DNA from: Terracidiphilus sp.
GTDB lineage: Bacteria > Acidobacteriota > Terriglobia > Terriglobales > Acidobacteriaceae
Assembly: GCA_049592335.1 (NCBI GenBank)
Contig: JBAWFY010000153.1
Location: 1 to 46,452 of the forward strand
DNA: 46,452 nt
Reading direction: 5' to 3'
The position numbers and the translations under genes are program-made. Below the pieces are notes generated by a model. That model was not told the DNA's origin. It ran no database searches and saw only the letters and a program-made list of their open reading frames with translations. Positions 9,846 to 18,999 of the stretch are shown one piece after another. Positions within the stretch are counted from its first letter, which is position 1. Each line of letters starts with the position of its first letter.

Positions 9846-10208
9846 ATGGACCCGCGCGACCAGATGGAACCGGCCGAGATCGAGACGCTTGCCAGCGCCT
9901 TCAGCGAACAACTGCTGGCGTGCTTGGATGAGTGCGCGCGCGGCCGCCGTGGATTGTTCAGTGAGCCGATTGACTTCGATGAGCCGGAAAAAAGCTGGCC
10001 TGAAGCAGCGCGTCTGCGTGAGTTGGCGATCGCGCTTCAGGCAATTCTTGCGCAGCAGGCGGAACGCAACGCGCTCTGCGATGAGTTCCTCGACCTGTGT
10101 ACGATGCACGGCGAAAGCCATCCCGGCGAACGAAAATTGGCGCGGATGTTTCTGGAGCGCATCGGGCGGGGCGAAGTGGGAGCGTCAGCGGAAGAAAAGT
10201 CCTGGTAA
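9846..10208 (+). CDS. Hypothetical protein (120 aa)
   Basis: Clean ORF 21 nt after pepP, protein-like composition, helical; no family recognised. Confidence 0.65.
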   Translation: MDPRDQMEPAEIETLASAFSEQLLACLDECARGRRGLFSEPIDFDEPEKSWPEAARLRELAIALQAILAQQAERNALCDEFLDLCTMHGESHPGERKLARMFLERIGRGEVGASAEEKSW

Positions 10209-10281
10209 CTGAAGGCTGGAAAGCCCACCGGTCTTTCTGCATCGTGTCGCGGAAGAATGGTGGGCTTTCGGGGTTCGAGCG

Positions 10282-11187
10282 TTAGAAGCGGAAGCCGATC
10301 GTGACCGGGATCAATTCGGTGATGCCGAGGCCGTTGGCTTGCGTGGCGGGCGGCGTGTGAATGTACAGGTAGCGCGCTTCGGCGAAAACCTCGGTGTGGT
10401 TCGTGTCGCCGTAGACGTTCGAGAAGCGATGATAGAGACCTAGACCGCCGCTGGCGCCCCATTGATTCGAGGTGAACGAGGCAACGGTGACATTCTCCTC
10501 CTCCTCGTCGCCAAATTGGTCGAACGCGATTTCGGGCGCTTGAAAGTTTGTCGACTTGTGGTACCAGCCGGCACCGCCGACCAGGTAAGCGCCATTCGAT
10601 CTCTTGGGCGTCAAGTCGACAACCGGAGAAGCGGTGATCGAGTTGATATGTGTGTCGCCCGACGTGATGCCGGCTTGGCCGCCTGTAGCGTTATTGATAG
10701 CCGAAATCAGCGCCCCAGGCAACTTATCGCCAATGAACTGATACTCGCCAAGCACGGAGAGGTACTTGTTGAAGCGCAGCCCTCCGCCGACGGTGAAGTT
10801 GCCACCCCAGGTGATGACCGGAATAGAGGTTCCTGTAACCACACCGGATTCGTTGGTGTCCTCGCCGGTTGGCGCGTTAAAGCCGCCGCCCGCCTCAAAC
10901 GTCCAATGGTGGAACATGCCGTGAAATCCATGGCCGCCGCCGCTTCCGTATTGGCTCGCAGCGCTCCCGCCGGGCGAGGCCGCGGAGCCCGCCGGAAGCG
11001 CGGGCGTGGCTAGTTCGGCGAGTTGGAACTGGTCCAGCCCCGATTGGCTCGAGGAGTCGCTAGGAGCGCTGGCACTGTTATCGGAAGTGTTGGATTGCTG
11101 CGCCTGGGCGATTCCGGCTGCCAACAAGATCGCAGCCGCAATTACACAGCAACGCCGCACGAGGGGCGTCGAAACGAGGGAAGTCAT
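10282..11187 (-). CDS. Outer-membrane beta-barrel protein
   Basis: Signal peptide, Ser/Gly-rich linker, alternating amphipathic strands, C-terminal beta-signal IPVTIGFRF; SD GAGG before 11187. Confidence 0.8.
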   Translation of the reverse strand: MTSLVSTPLVRRCCVIAAAILLAAGIAQAQQSNTSDNSASAPSDSSSQSGLDQFQLAELATPALPAGSAASPGGSAASQYGSGGGHGFHGMFHHWTFEAGGGFNAPTGEDTNESGVVTGTSIPVITWGGNFTVGGGLRFNKYLSVLGEYQFIGDKLPGALISAINNATGGQAGITSGDTHINSITASPVVDLTPKRSNGAYLVGGAGWYHKSTNFQAPEIAFDQFGDEEEENVTVASFTSNQWGASGGLGLYHRFSNVYGDTNHTEVFAEARYLYIHTPPATQANGLGITELIPVTIGFRF

Positions 11188-11250
11188 AGCGTCAACCTCA
11201 AAAATAGGAATTCGTTGTAGATTCGGCAACTTAGCTAGCCCAATGCTGAA

Positions 11251-11278
11251 TTAGACACCAAAATCGCCCCAAGGTTGC
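11251..11278 (-). promoter_or_regulatory. Putative ECF (RpoE-like) promoter of the OMP gene
   Basis: Minus strand GCAACC-N16-GTCTAA, ~65 nt upstream of the start codon. Confidence 0.5.
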
Positions 11279-11552
11279 ACGAAGACGGCACTCGGGAGAT
11301 TACTCCTTTTAAATGTGAGGCTTTCCAGTCGCTGAAAGGGTAAATGTTTGCGCAGGCGGTGGCGAAGCACCGTCGGCGAGCCGGCAGAAAAGCGCTTCGT
11401 TCATCGTCGACGCGGAAAGCGTCACCGGCGGACACGTCCATGCACAGGACTCCAGCAGTCTCGTCCCGGTGTGCGGCATGCACTGAAAGGTGTCGCGATT
11501 GCAGGGCGGTAGGATAGAAAGTGGAGCCTTCCCCGCGCAGAGCGAAAAATTG

Positions 11553-13034
11553 ATGCCGCAAAGCCACGATTCCCTGCCGCCGCCCACGGAAGCTGCCCTG
11601 GATGCCGAGCGGAGCGCCACACTCGACCCGGAAAACTGGGCGGAGTTCCGTGCCCAGGCGCATCGCATGCTCGACGACATGCTGGAGTACACGCGCGAAA
11701 TCCGCAACCGTCCTGTCTGGCAGCCGATTCCCGCCGAAGTGAGGGCGCGGCGCGTGAGCACAGTTCCGCGATCGGGGTCGACGCTCGCCGAGGTTCACGA
11801 GGAGTTCATGCGCTTCGTGCTGCCCTATGCGGTGGGCAATGTCCATCCGGGGTTCATGGGCTGGGTACATGGCGGGGGAACGCCGGTCGGCATGCTGGCT
11901 GAAATGCTTGCCGGCGGTTTGAATGCGAACCTCGGCGGCCGCGACCACATTCCCATCGAGGTGGAGCGCGAGGTGGTGCGCTGGGCGAACGAGATCGCGG
12001 GTTTTCCCGCAGGCGCTTCGGGGCTTTTCGTCACCGGAAGTTCCGTGGCCAATTTGATCGCAGTGGTGGTGGCGCGCGAGGCGGCCCTCGGCAATCAGAT
12101 GTCCGGCCAAAGAGTCGCGGCGGGAACAAGACCGCTCGCCGCCTACGCATCGACTGCCGTGCATGGCTGCATCGGCAAAGCCATTGAGATTGCCGGATTG
12201 GGTTCCGACGCGCTGCGCCTCATTCCGACGGACGAACATTTCCGCATCGACCTCGGCGCTCTCGACCAAGCGATCCGCCGCGACCGCAAGGCAGGCATCA
12301 CGCCGTTTCTGGTCGTGGGCACGGCGGGCACGGTGAATACCGGCGCCATTGACGATCTCACGGGCCTGGCCGGCCTTTGCCGGCGGGAGAAGATCTGGTT
12401 TCATGTGGATGGAGCCTTTGGCGCGCTTGCCAAACTTGCGCCCGAGCTGGCGCCGCGGCTCAAGGGCATGGAGCTTGCCGACTCGCTGGCCTTCGACTTC
12501 CACAAGTGGGGACAGGTTCCCTATGACGCCGGCGCCATTCTGGTGCGCGACAGCGAGGCGCATCGCCGCGCCTTTGCGCTGCCCGCCGACTATCTGGCGC
12601 GCGCCGAGCGCGGCATCTCCGCCGGCTCTCCCTGGCCCTGCGACTTCGGGCCCGATCTCTCACGTGGGTTCCGCGCCCTCAAGATCTGGTTCACGCTCAA
12701 GGTCTACGGGACGGATGCGCTGGGAAGAGCCATCTTCCACAACTGCGAGTTAGCGCAGTATCTCGAACGCCGGATCGCGGAGACGCCGCAACTGGAGCTG
12801 CTGGCGCCGGTGGAATTGAACATCGTCTGCTTTCGCTATCGCTCGGAAGATCCCGACACACTCAATGCCAGGATTGTGGTTGCGCTGCAGGAATCGGGCA
12901 TCGTGGCCCCGTCGACCACCAGAATCGATGGCCAGGTTGCGATTCGCGCCGCCATCGTCAACCATCGCACCACGCGCGCGGAGATCGACGCATTAGTCGC
13001 CGGCGTTCTATCCTTTGCAGGCACAGTTGCTTAG
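11553..13034 (+). CDS. PLP-dependent group II decarboxylase (aromatic/DABA decarboxylase-like)
   Basis: TLDPENW, GNVHPGFMGW, VGTAGTVNTGAID, WFHVDGAFG, SLAFDFHKW, GPDLSRGFRALK, VNHRT. Confidence 0.9.
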   Translation: MPQSHDSLPPPTEAALDAERSATLDPENWAEFRAQAHRMLDDMLEYTREIRNRPVWQPIPAEVRARRVSTVPRSGSTLAEVHEEFMRFVLPYAVGNVHPGFMGWVHGGGTPVGMLAEMLAGGLNANLGGRDHIPIEVEREVVRWANEIAGFPAGASGLFVTGSSVANLIAVVVAREAALGNQMSGQRVAAGTRPLAAYASTAVHGCIGKAIEIAGLGSDALRLIPTDEHFRIDLGALDQAIRRDRKAGITPFLVVGTAGTVNTGAIDDLTGLAGLCRREKIWFHVDGAFGALAKLAPELAPRLKGMELADSLAFDFHKWGQVPYDAGAILVRDSEAHRRAFALPADYLARAERGISAGSPWPCDFGPDLSRGFRALKIWFTLKVYGTDALGRAIFHNCELAQYLERRIAETPQLELLAPVELNIVCFRYRSEDPDTLNARIVVALQESGIVAPSTTRIDGQVAIRAAIVNHRTTRAEIDALVAGVLSFAGTVA

Positions 13035-13113
13035 CCGGTTGCAGCGCCGGTCTCTTGACCTGCGCGTTGCCTATCCCCTCAATCCCCATTGACGTTGATC
13101 CGCCTCGCCCCAG

Positions 13114-13154
13114 AAAAGAAATGCCCATCCCGACAGGTTCGTCGGGATGGGCGT
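13114..13154 (-). terminator. Intrinsic terminator between convergent genes
   Basis: 12-bp perfect stem GCCCATCCCGAC/GTCGGGATGGGC, followed by a U-rich tract on the minus strand. Confidence 0.8.
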
Positions 13155-13189
13155 AGGAGGTTGAGGCTCAAAGCCTGTGCGCGCTTTCG

Positions 13190-14371
13190 CTATTGAATCG
13201 CAAAGTTCACGTTCACGTTGCTGGTCACGGCCACCGGGTGGCCGTTCAGCATGTAGGGCTTGAAATGCCAGTTCTTCACGGCGTTCACGGCCGGTTGGCG
13301 CAGCAGAGCCGGACCGTTGGTGGCGCGGGCATCGGCAACCGTGCCCTGCGGGGTAATGGTGATCGTCACGCTGACCACGCCGCTGACATGCGAGTTGCGC
13401 GCGATCTCAGGATAATCCGGCGTGGTTCTCCTGGTCAGTTGCAACGCCGCCGAAGAGACGTCGATGGGCTTCGAAGGCTCAAACTGCACGTGCTCCTGCT
13501 TTGAAGTGCCGATCATGGGAGCGGTGGTGCTGCCGCCCATCATCAGATTGCCGGAAGGCTCGGGAGCGGTGGGCTGCTGCTGGCCGCGCGGAATCTGCGA
13601 CTGAGCGGTAAACTGCGCCATGTTCACATTCTGCGGCGGAGCCGGCTGCGTATTCGCCGCTGACGTATCGGAGTTGTCCTGCGCAGCATTTTGCGACGAG
13701 TTTTGATTCGACTGCTGTGCCGAAGCCGACTGTGCGTTGCCAGCCTGGTTCGCGCCGTTCGCCGCGTTCCGCGGATCAGGCTTGCCGGCAGGCGCCGCGG
13801 CTGGTTCAGTTGTCTCCACCGGGTTCGTTATGCCGGTTTCGGTAGCCGTCTGCGGATGCGGCTGCGAGTGCGACCGCATGTTGTAGACCAGGTAGCCGCC
13901 GCCACCGAGGCCTACGCAAACCACAGCCGCGCCGATTGCAACCGTGAGGCTGCGGCGGCTGCCCTGGCCCTCGTCGCTCTTGGCCCTTTTCTTTTGCTCG
14001 GCCTCAGGCCACAGGGCCTCGGCGAGCTTGGCTTCGGCGTTGCGCTGGTTGGCTGCCGGAAAGTCGGGCTTTTGCGGGGCGCTCTGGGGCTTCGGACGAG
14101 GAGGTTGCCATGTCTGTTCCACGGCTGCCCTGGGCGGCGCGGGGGGTGCGGGCTTGGCAGCGCGGACTACAGGCTGGTGCGTGGGAATCTCACGCTCCGG
14201 CGCCACGACTCTCGTGGCTGCGGGAGGCCGAATCTCCACTGGACGGGTAGCTTGAACGGGTGCTTGTTTAACCGGAGCCGGACCCGGTTGTTGTTCTCCG
14301 CCGTCCCATTCGGCAAAATCTTCTGGCAGAGTATCTGGGAATTCAGGTGTTTTTACTTCTCTAGGTGCCAT
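13190..14371 (-). CDS. Bitopic membrane protein with C-terminal TonB_C domain
   Basis: Pro-rich N-terminal region, one TM helix (LTVAIGAAVVCVGLGGGGYLVY), Q/N/A-rich linker, PDYPEIAR..VSGVV.V...I...G.V, AVKNWHFKPY. Confidence 0.85.
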   Translation of the reverse strand: MAPREVKTPEFPDTLPEDFAEWDGGEQQPGPAPVKQAPVQATRPVEIRPPAATRVVAPEREIPTHQPVVRAAKPAPPAPPRAAVEQTWQPPRPKPQSAPQKPDFPAANQRNAEAKLAEALWPEAEQKKRAKSDEGQGSRRSLTVAIGAAVVCVGLGGGGYLVYNMRSHSQPHPQTATETGITNPVETTEPAAAPAGKPDPRNAANGANQAGNAQSASAQQSNQNSSQNAAQDNSDTSAANTQPAPPQNVNMAQFTAQSQIPRGQQQPTAPEPSGNLMMGGSTTAPMIGTSKQEHVQFEPSKPIDVSSAALQLTRRTTPDYPEIARNSHVSGVVSVTITITPQGTVADARATNGPALLRQPAVNAVKNWHFKPYMLNGHPVAVTSNVNVNFAIQ

Positions 14372-17300
14372 TTTCCATCAACCCCCTTTACGTAGGTCAG
14401 CCCTTTGTAGACGCGGGTTTCCTTTTTCGCGGCTGGCGGCTCGCTGGCGGGTGGTTGCTTCCGCCGGGCCGCGTCGCGATCGGTTGCGCTGCCCGATGCG
14501 CTGATTGGCGCGGGGGCAGTCCTGTTATCGTTGGCGGCCTGCTCGACGGCTTTCACCACGAGCGTGACCGAGGCCTGGGCGGCAGCGTATTTCACGTCGT
14601 CGTCCGGGATGAAGGTAACCATCAGAGTCTGCGTTCCTGCAGCAAGCAACGTGCCCTCCGGCGGCGAGTAGACAAACGTTCCGGGAACGCTGGTTTTTGC
14701 GTTCAGTTGATTGGCTCCAAGCGCCGTACCGTAGAAGATCGGAGCGGGCGCTCTCCAGTCGATCGCCACTTCCCTCACTTCGACAACGGCAATCTGCACC
14801 GAACTCTGCACCGGCGCGTAGTTGGTGGTGTCGGCTGGCACAAAGGTGGCTTCGATGGTATGCGTGCCCGCGGGCAGAACCGAACCCGCGCGCGGAATGT
14901 AGGCGAACTTGCCCGGCACCGTCGCCTTGGCGTTCAGCTGCGCGACGCTCAGCGGATTGCCCGAGATGATCGCTTCCGGTGTTGGCCACAAGATCTTCGG
15001 CGTCGCCTTCTTGACCACCAGCGAGATCGAGGCTTCGGTGGCTAGGAAATTCGCCGTGTCGTCGGGCGCGAACTGTACCGTGACGGTGTGGGTTCCGGCC
15101 GAAAGCATGGAACCGGCCGGCGGCATGTAGGTGAACGAACCGGGAACATTGGCCGAAGCGCTCAGTTGCTGCTCGCTCAGGGCGATTCCGTATTCGATCG
15201 GCTGGGGTGTGCGCCACGCGATGGCGGGAACCGACTTCTCCACCGTGAGCGTGGCTGAAGCGTCGGCTTCCGCATAGTTGGCGTCGTCCTCGGGCAGGAA
15301 GGTCGCCGTCAGTTGCGTCGTGCCGGCAGGCAGTACCGCGCCCACTGCCGGGCGATAAACGAACACGCCCGGAATGTCGGTTTCGGCGTTCAGTTGATCG
15401 TGTCCCAGCGGCGTTGCATAGCCGATCGGCGAAACCGGATTCCAGGAAATCGACGGCGTGGCGCGATGGACGGTGATCGAAGTCGATGTTTCGACCGCCG
15501 CGTAGTTACGTGAGTCCTCGGGCAGGAAGGTGACCGACAGCGTGTGATTGCCGGCCCTGAGCCGCTCGTCTTCAGCCGGCGTGTACACAAAGCTGCCGGG
15601 AACGCTGGCCTTGGCATTCAGCTGCGTGGTGCTCAGCGGCGTGCCCCATTCGATGGGCGCCGGATCGTACCACATCAGTGTGGGCACTGCCTTATTGACG
15701 GTAAGCTTGACCGCGGCTTGCGTGGACACATAGTTGGCCGTGTCCAGCGGAGTGAAGACGGCGGTGAGCTTGTTGACGCCGGCTTCGAGAACTTCTCCGG
15801 CAGTCGGCGTGTAAACAAATGATCCGGGTACTGAAGCGCGCGCCTGCAGATGCTTTTCGCCCAGATCTTCGCCGTAGGTGATCGGTGCCGGCTCCGGCCA
15901 GTCGATCGCAGGCACCGCTTTTTCGACGGTAAGCTGCACGGTGGCCTGAACGCTTTGATAGTTGGCACCGTCGTCGGGAACGAAGGTGGCGCTGATGGCG
16001 TGCTGGCCGCTTCCGAGCTTCTTGCCTAGGGGCGGCGTGTAGGTAAAGTGCCCATTGACATTGGCGCTGGCGTTCAACTGGTCCTCAGTCAACTCTGCGC
16101 CGTAAGCGATGGGCTTGGGCGGTTCCCAGGTAACCACCGGGTAGGCCTTTGCCACCTGCACCCGCACGTCGGCTTCGGCCGGCACATAGTTGCCCGACTC
16201 GGCCGGCACAAAGACCGCATGCACGATATGCACGCCGGCGGGCAGAACCTCGCCCTTTGCCGGTGTGAGCGACAGACTGCCTTCGACCGCGGTGGAGATG
16301 CGGAAGACGCGATCGTTGAGCGGCATGCCGTAGACCATCGAAATCTGCGCGGGCCATTCGACGGCAGGCGTAGCCTTATCGACCGTGAGCGCCAGCCGCG
16401 CCTCCACGGTTTCCAGGTTCTTGGCATCGACGGGCGTGAAGTGGGCCACCACCGTATGTCTGCCGGCAGGCAGAACCATTCCAGAACCCGGTGTGTATTC
16501 AATCGATCCCGGAACCGAAGCCTGCGCATTGAGGAGACTGTCGTCCAGCGGCGTGCCGTAGACGATATGCGCCTCTTCCTGCCAGTGCAGCGTCGGCGTG
16601 CCCTTGGCGATGTTGAGCGTGGCCTCGAACTCGGATTCCGAGAAGTTGGCTGTGTCCTGTGGAGTGAAGTACGCAATCAGCGCGTGACGTCCGGCGCAAA
16701 GCACCTCGCCCACGTCGGCGCTGAACTCGAACGTTCCCGGAACCTTGGTTTGAACCGCGAAATGCTCGGGGCTGAGCGGCGTGCCGTAAACGATGTCGGG
16801 CGGCTGCTGCCAACTGGCTTCCGGCGTGGCGCGGGCCACGATCAGCGTTGCCGTGGCCTTGGTCTCGCTGTAGTACTCACTCTGCTCGGGCATGAACGTC
16901 GCCGTCAGCTTGTGTACTCCGGCCGGCAGCTGCGTGCCCTCTTTTGGTGTGTAGATAAACGAACCGGGAACCGACGACCTCGCGTTCGTCTCCGTCGCGC
17001 TCAGGCGCGCGCCGTAGAAGATGGGCGCCGGGTCGGGCCACTCGATGTTCGGAATCATCCGCGATACGGTGAGCGAAGCCACGCTGACCGCGGTGTTGTA
17101 GTTCACCGGGTCGGTAGGGATAAAGATCACCGACAGCGCGTGAACGCCTTCCGGTAGCACGGTTCCTGCCGGCGGGTTGTACACCAGCCTGCCATCCACG
17201 TTGGCCTGGGCGTTCAGTTGTCCATCCCCCAGAGGCGTGCCGTAAGAGATCGGCTCGGGCTGATGCCATGTCACCACGGGCAGAATCTTGTTGACCGTGA

Positions 17301-18999
17301 ACGGAACCTCAGCTTCCACCAGATTGTCCGGGTCCTGCCGCGGAATAAAGAGCACCTTCAGTGTGTGCGATCCCGCGGAGAGAACCTCGCCGGCCGCAGG
17401 CTGGTATTCGAACGAGCCGTCCACGTTGGCCGTGGCGTTCAGCTGCGTGTCGTCGAGAGCGGTTCCGAAACCGATCGGCTCCGGCGCCGACCATGCCACA
17501 TGCGCTTCGATCTGAGGGGCTGGCGGGGCCACCGGGGCAGCAACAACCGGCTCCGGCTGCGCCGCGCCCTGCGCGTGCCATTTGCCATCTTTGCCCTTCA
17601 CATACAACACGCCCTTGTAGGTGCGCGTCTCAGGCTCGGTGGCCGCTGCCGCCGGCTGCTGCGGCTCCGGCCTGGCTTCTTCGCCTTCCTCGCTCCGGCT
17701 GGAGAAGATGCTCAGCAATCCATCCGACTTGGCCTTGCCTTTGGCCGGCTTCGCCTTGCGGCTAGTCGGTTCTTCTTCCTCCTGCGCGGCTGCCGGGGCT
17801 GCAGTTTTCTCCCCCTTCGGCGCCATGTCTTCGGCCATTTTGCGGATGGCCTTCGAGACCGGATTGTTGCTGCGCATCAGAGGAATGCCCTGGGCATGCA
17901 TCGAATTGACCGCATCGTCGTCGGCGGGAATCTTCCAGCGCACGGGCACGGAAAGCATGCGCGCAATTTCCTGGTCGTCGATGGCCAGCATGTTGCGCTT
18001 GTAGCGGCTAAGGACCACTTCGATGTTGCGGAAGTCGCTGCCGAAATACTGTGAGATGAGCCGGCTGCAGTTGCGCAGATCGGCCACGTCCACCCTGGTT
18101 ACCAGGAAGATGGGGTTGGCGATCTGGAACACGCCCGTGCCGCGCAGATCCAGCCGCGAGCCCAGATCCACCACCACGTAGTCGTAGCTGCGCGCGGCCA
18201 GTTCCAGAAGCGTCTTGATATCGGCGTCGGAGGGTTGCACGGAGACGTAATGCCCGGGAGCCGGCAGCACATGCAATCCGCTCTTGTCGGCCACCGTCAT
18301 GCGCGAGAGCATGCTCGTGTCCAGCCGGTCGATTCTCTCGAGCGCGTCCGTCGTCGAGAATTCTGCCGTGATGCCGAGATTCAATGCGGCATCGCCCAGC
18401 GGAAGGTCTAGATCCATGAACAGAGTCTTCGCGCCTGTGTGCTCGGCCAGGGCGATCGCAAAGTTCGTCGCCACCGTGGTCACGCCGGCGCCACCTTTGG
18501 TGCCCATGAAGGCCATCAGCTTGCCGACCGCACGCTTCTCCTGCTGCGCCGGTTGCCGCTTGGCCGCCGCGCGAACCATCGCGGCCACAATCTGGTCGCG
18601 ATCCACAGGCAGATTCAGAAACTCGCGCGCTCCTGCGCGCATGCAGCGCATCAACAGGTCCGGAGCCGGGCTCGCGGAGCACACCATCAGTCGCGCCGTC
18701 GATGTGTTGCCGATCCGCTTGACCAGCGCCAACGCCTGATCGGGATCGCTGTCCAGCTCCACAATCGCCACGTCGCACTCCCCGCCCAGCACGTCGGTGT
18801 CGCCAACGGGAATCGAGGGATAGTAGGTTTGCGTGCGTACTTCGCCGCACTGCGCGTCAAAAAGGCAGTGGGCCAATTCCGAGCAATAGTGCTCGTTTGG
18901 GCAGATCAAAGTAATCTTCAGCCCGAATGCACCGACTGGATTGTTCAACTCGTCGTTGCGGTGCGAAGCGACATCGTAGTCGCCGGGTGTGGTCGCCAT
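14353..18999 (-). CDS. CpaE/TadZ-like (pseudo-receiver + MinD-type ATPase) protein fused to 13 Ig-like repeats
   Basis: Receiver-like N-terminus (MRAGAREFL), deviant Walker A GTKGGAGVTT, DLDLPLGD, YDYVVVDLG; then 13 x 76-aa repeats. Confidence 0.85.
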   Translation of the reverse strand: MATTPGDYDVASHRNDELNNPVGAFGLKITLICPNEHYCSELAHCLFDAQCGEVRTQTYYPSIPVGDTDVLGGECDVAIVELDSDPDQALALVKRIGNTSTARLMVCSASPAPDLLMRCMRAGAREFLNLPVDRDQIVAAMVRAAAKRQPAQQEKRAVGKLMAFMGTKGGAGVTTVATNFAIALAEHTGAKTLFMDLDLPLGDAALNLGITAEFSTTDALERIDRLDTSMLSRMTVADKSGLHVLPAPGHYVSVQPSDADIKTLLELAARSYDYVVVDLGSRLDLRGTGVFQIANPIFLVTRVDVADLRNCSRLISQYFGSDFRNIEVVLSRYKRNMLAIDDQEIARMLSVPVRWKIPADDDAVNSMHAQGIPLMRSNNPVSKAIRKMAEDMAPKGEKTAAPAAAQEEEEPTSRKAKPAKGKAKSDGLLSIFSSRSEEGEEARPEPQQPAAAATEPETRTYKGVLYVKGKDGKWHAQGAAQPEPVVAAPVAPPAPQIEAHVAWSAPEPIGFGTALDDTQLNATANVDGSFEYQPAAGEVLSAGSHTLKVLFIPRQDPDNLVEAEVPFTVNKILPVVTWHQPEPISYGTPLGDGQLNAQANVDGRLVYNPPAGTVLPEGVHALSVIFIPTDPVNYNTAVSVASLTVSRMIPNIEWPDPAPIFYGARLSATETNARSSVPGSFIYTPKEGTQLPAGVHKLTATFMPEQSEYYSETKATATLIVARATPEASWQQPPDIVYGTPLSPEHFAVQTKVPGTFEFSADVGEVLCAGRHALIAYFTPQDTANFSESEFEATLNIAKGTPTLHWQEEAHIVYGTPLDDSLLNAQASVPGSIEYTPGSGMVLPAGRHTVVAHFTPVDAKNLETVEARLALTVDKATPAVEWPAQISMVYGMPLNDRVFRISTAVEGSLSLTPAKGEVLPAGVHIVHAVFVPAESGNYVPAEADVRVQVAKAYPVVTWEPPKPIAYGAELTEDQLNASANVNGHFTYTPPLGKKLGSGQHAISATFVPDDGANYQSVQATVQLTVEKAVPAIDWPEPAPITYGEDLGEKHLQARASVPGSFVYTPTAGEVLEAGVNKLTAVFTPLDTANYVSTQAAVKLTVNKAVPTLMWYDPAPIEWGTPLSTTQLNAKASVPGSFVYTPAEDERLRAGNHTLSVTFLPEDSRNYAAVETSTSITVHRATPSISWNPVSPIGYATPLGHDQLNAETDIPGVFVYRPAVGAVLPAGTTQLTATFLPEDDANYAEADASATLTVEKSVPAIAWRTPQPIEYGIALSEQQLSASANVPGSFTYMPPAGSMLSAGTHTVTVQFAPDDTANFLATEASISLVVKKATPKILWPTPEAIISGNPLSVAQLNAKATVPGKFAYIPRAGSVLPAGTHTIEATFVPADTTNYAPVQSSVQIAVVEVREVAIDWRAPAPIFYGTALGANQLNAKTSVPGTFVYSPPEGTLLAAGTQTLMVTFIPDDDVKYAAAQASVTLVVKAVEQAANDNRTAPAPISASGSATDRDAARRKQPPASEPPAAKKETRVYKGLTYVKGVDGKWHLEK
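14551..17511 (-). repeat. 13 tandem ~76-aa (228-nt) Ig-like domain repeats within the CpaE-like CDS
   Basis: Consensus P.I.W..P.PI.YG..L...QLNA.A.VPG.F.Y.P..G..L.AG.H.L...F.P.D..NY.......L.V.K, counted 13 times; diverged at DNA level. Confidence 0.9.

Noticed and set aside
14551..17511. CRISPR array or DGR-like repeats
   Set aside because: The periodicity is protein-level (228 nt, in frame, diverged at all bases); there are no identical repeat-spacer units and no cas or RT gene.
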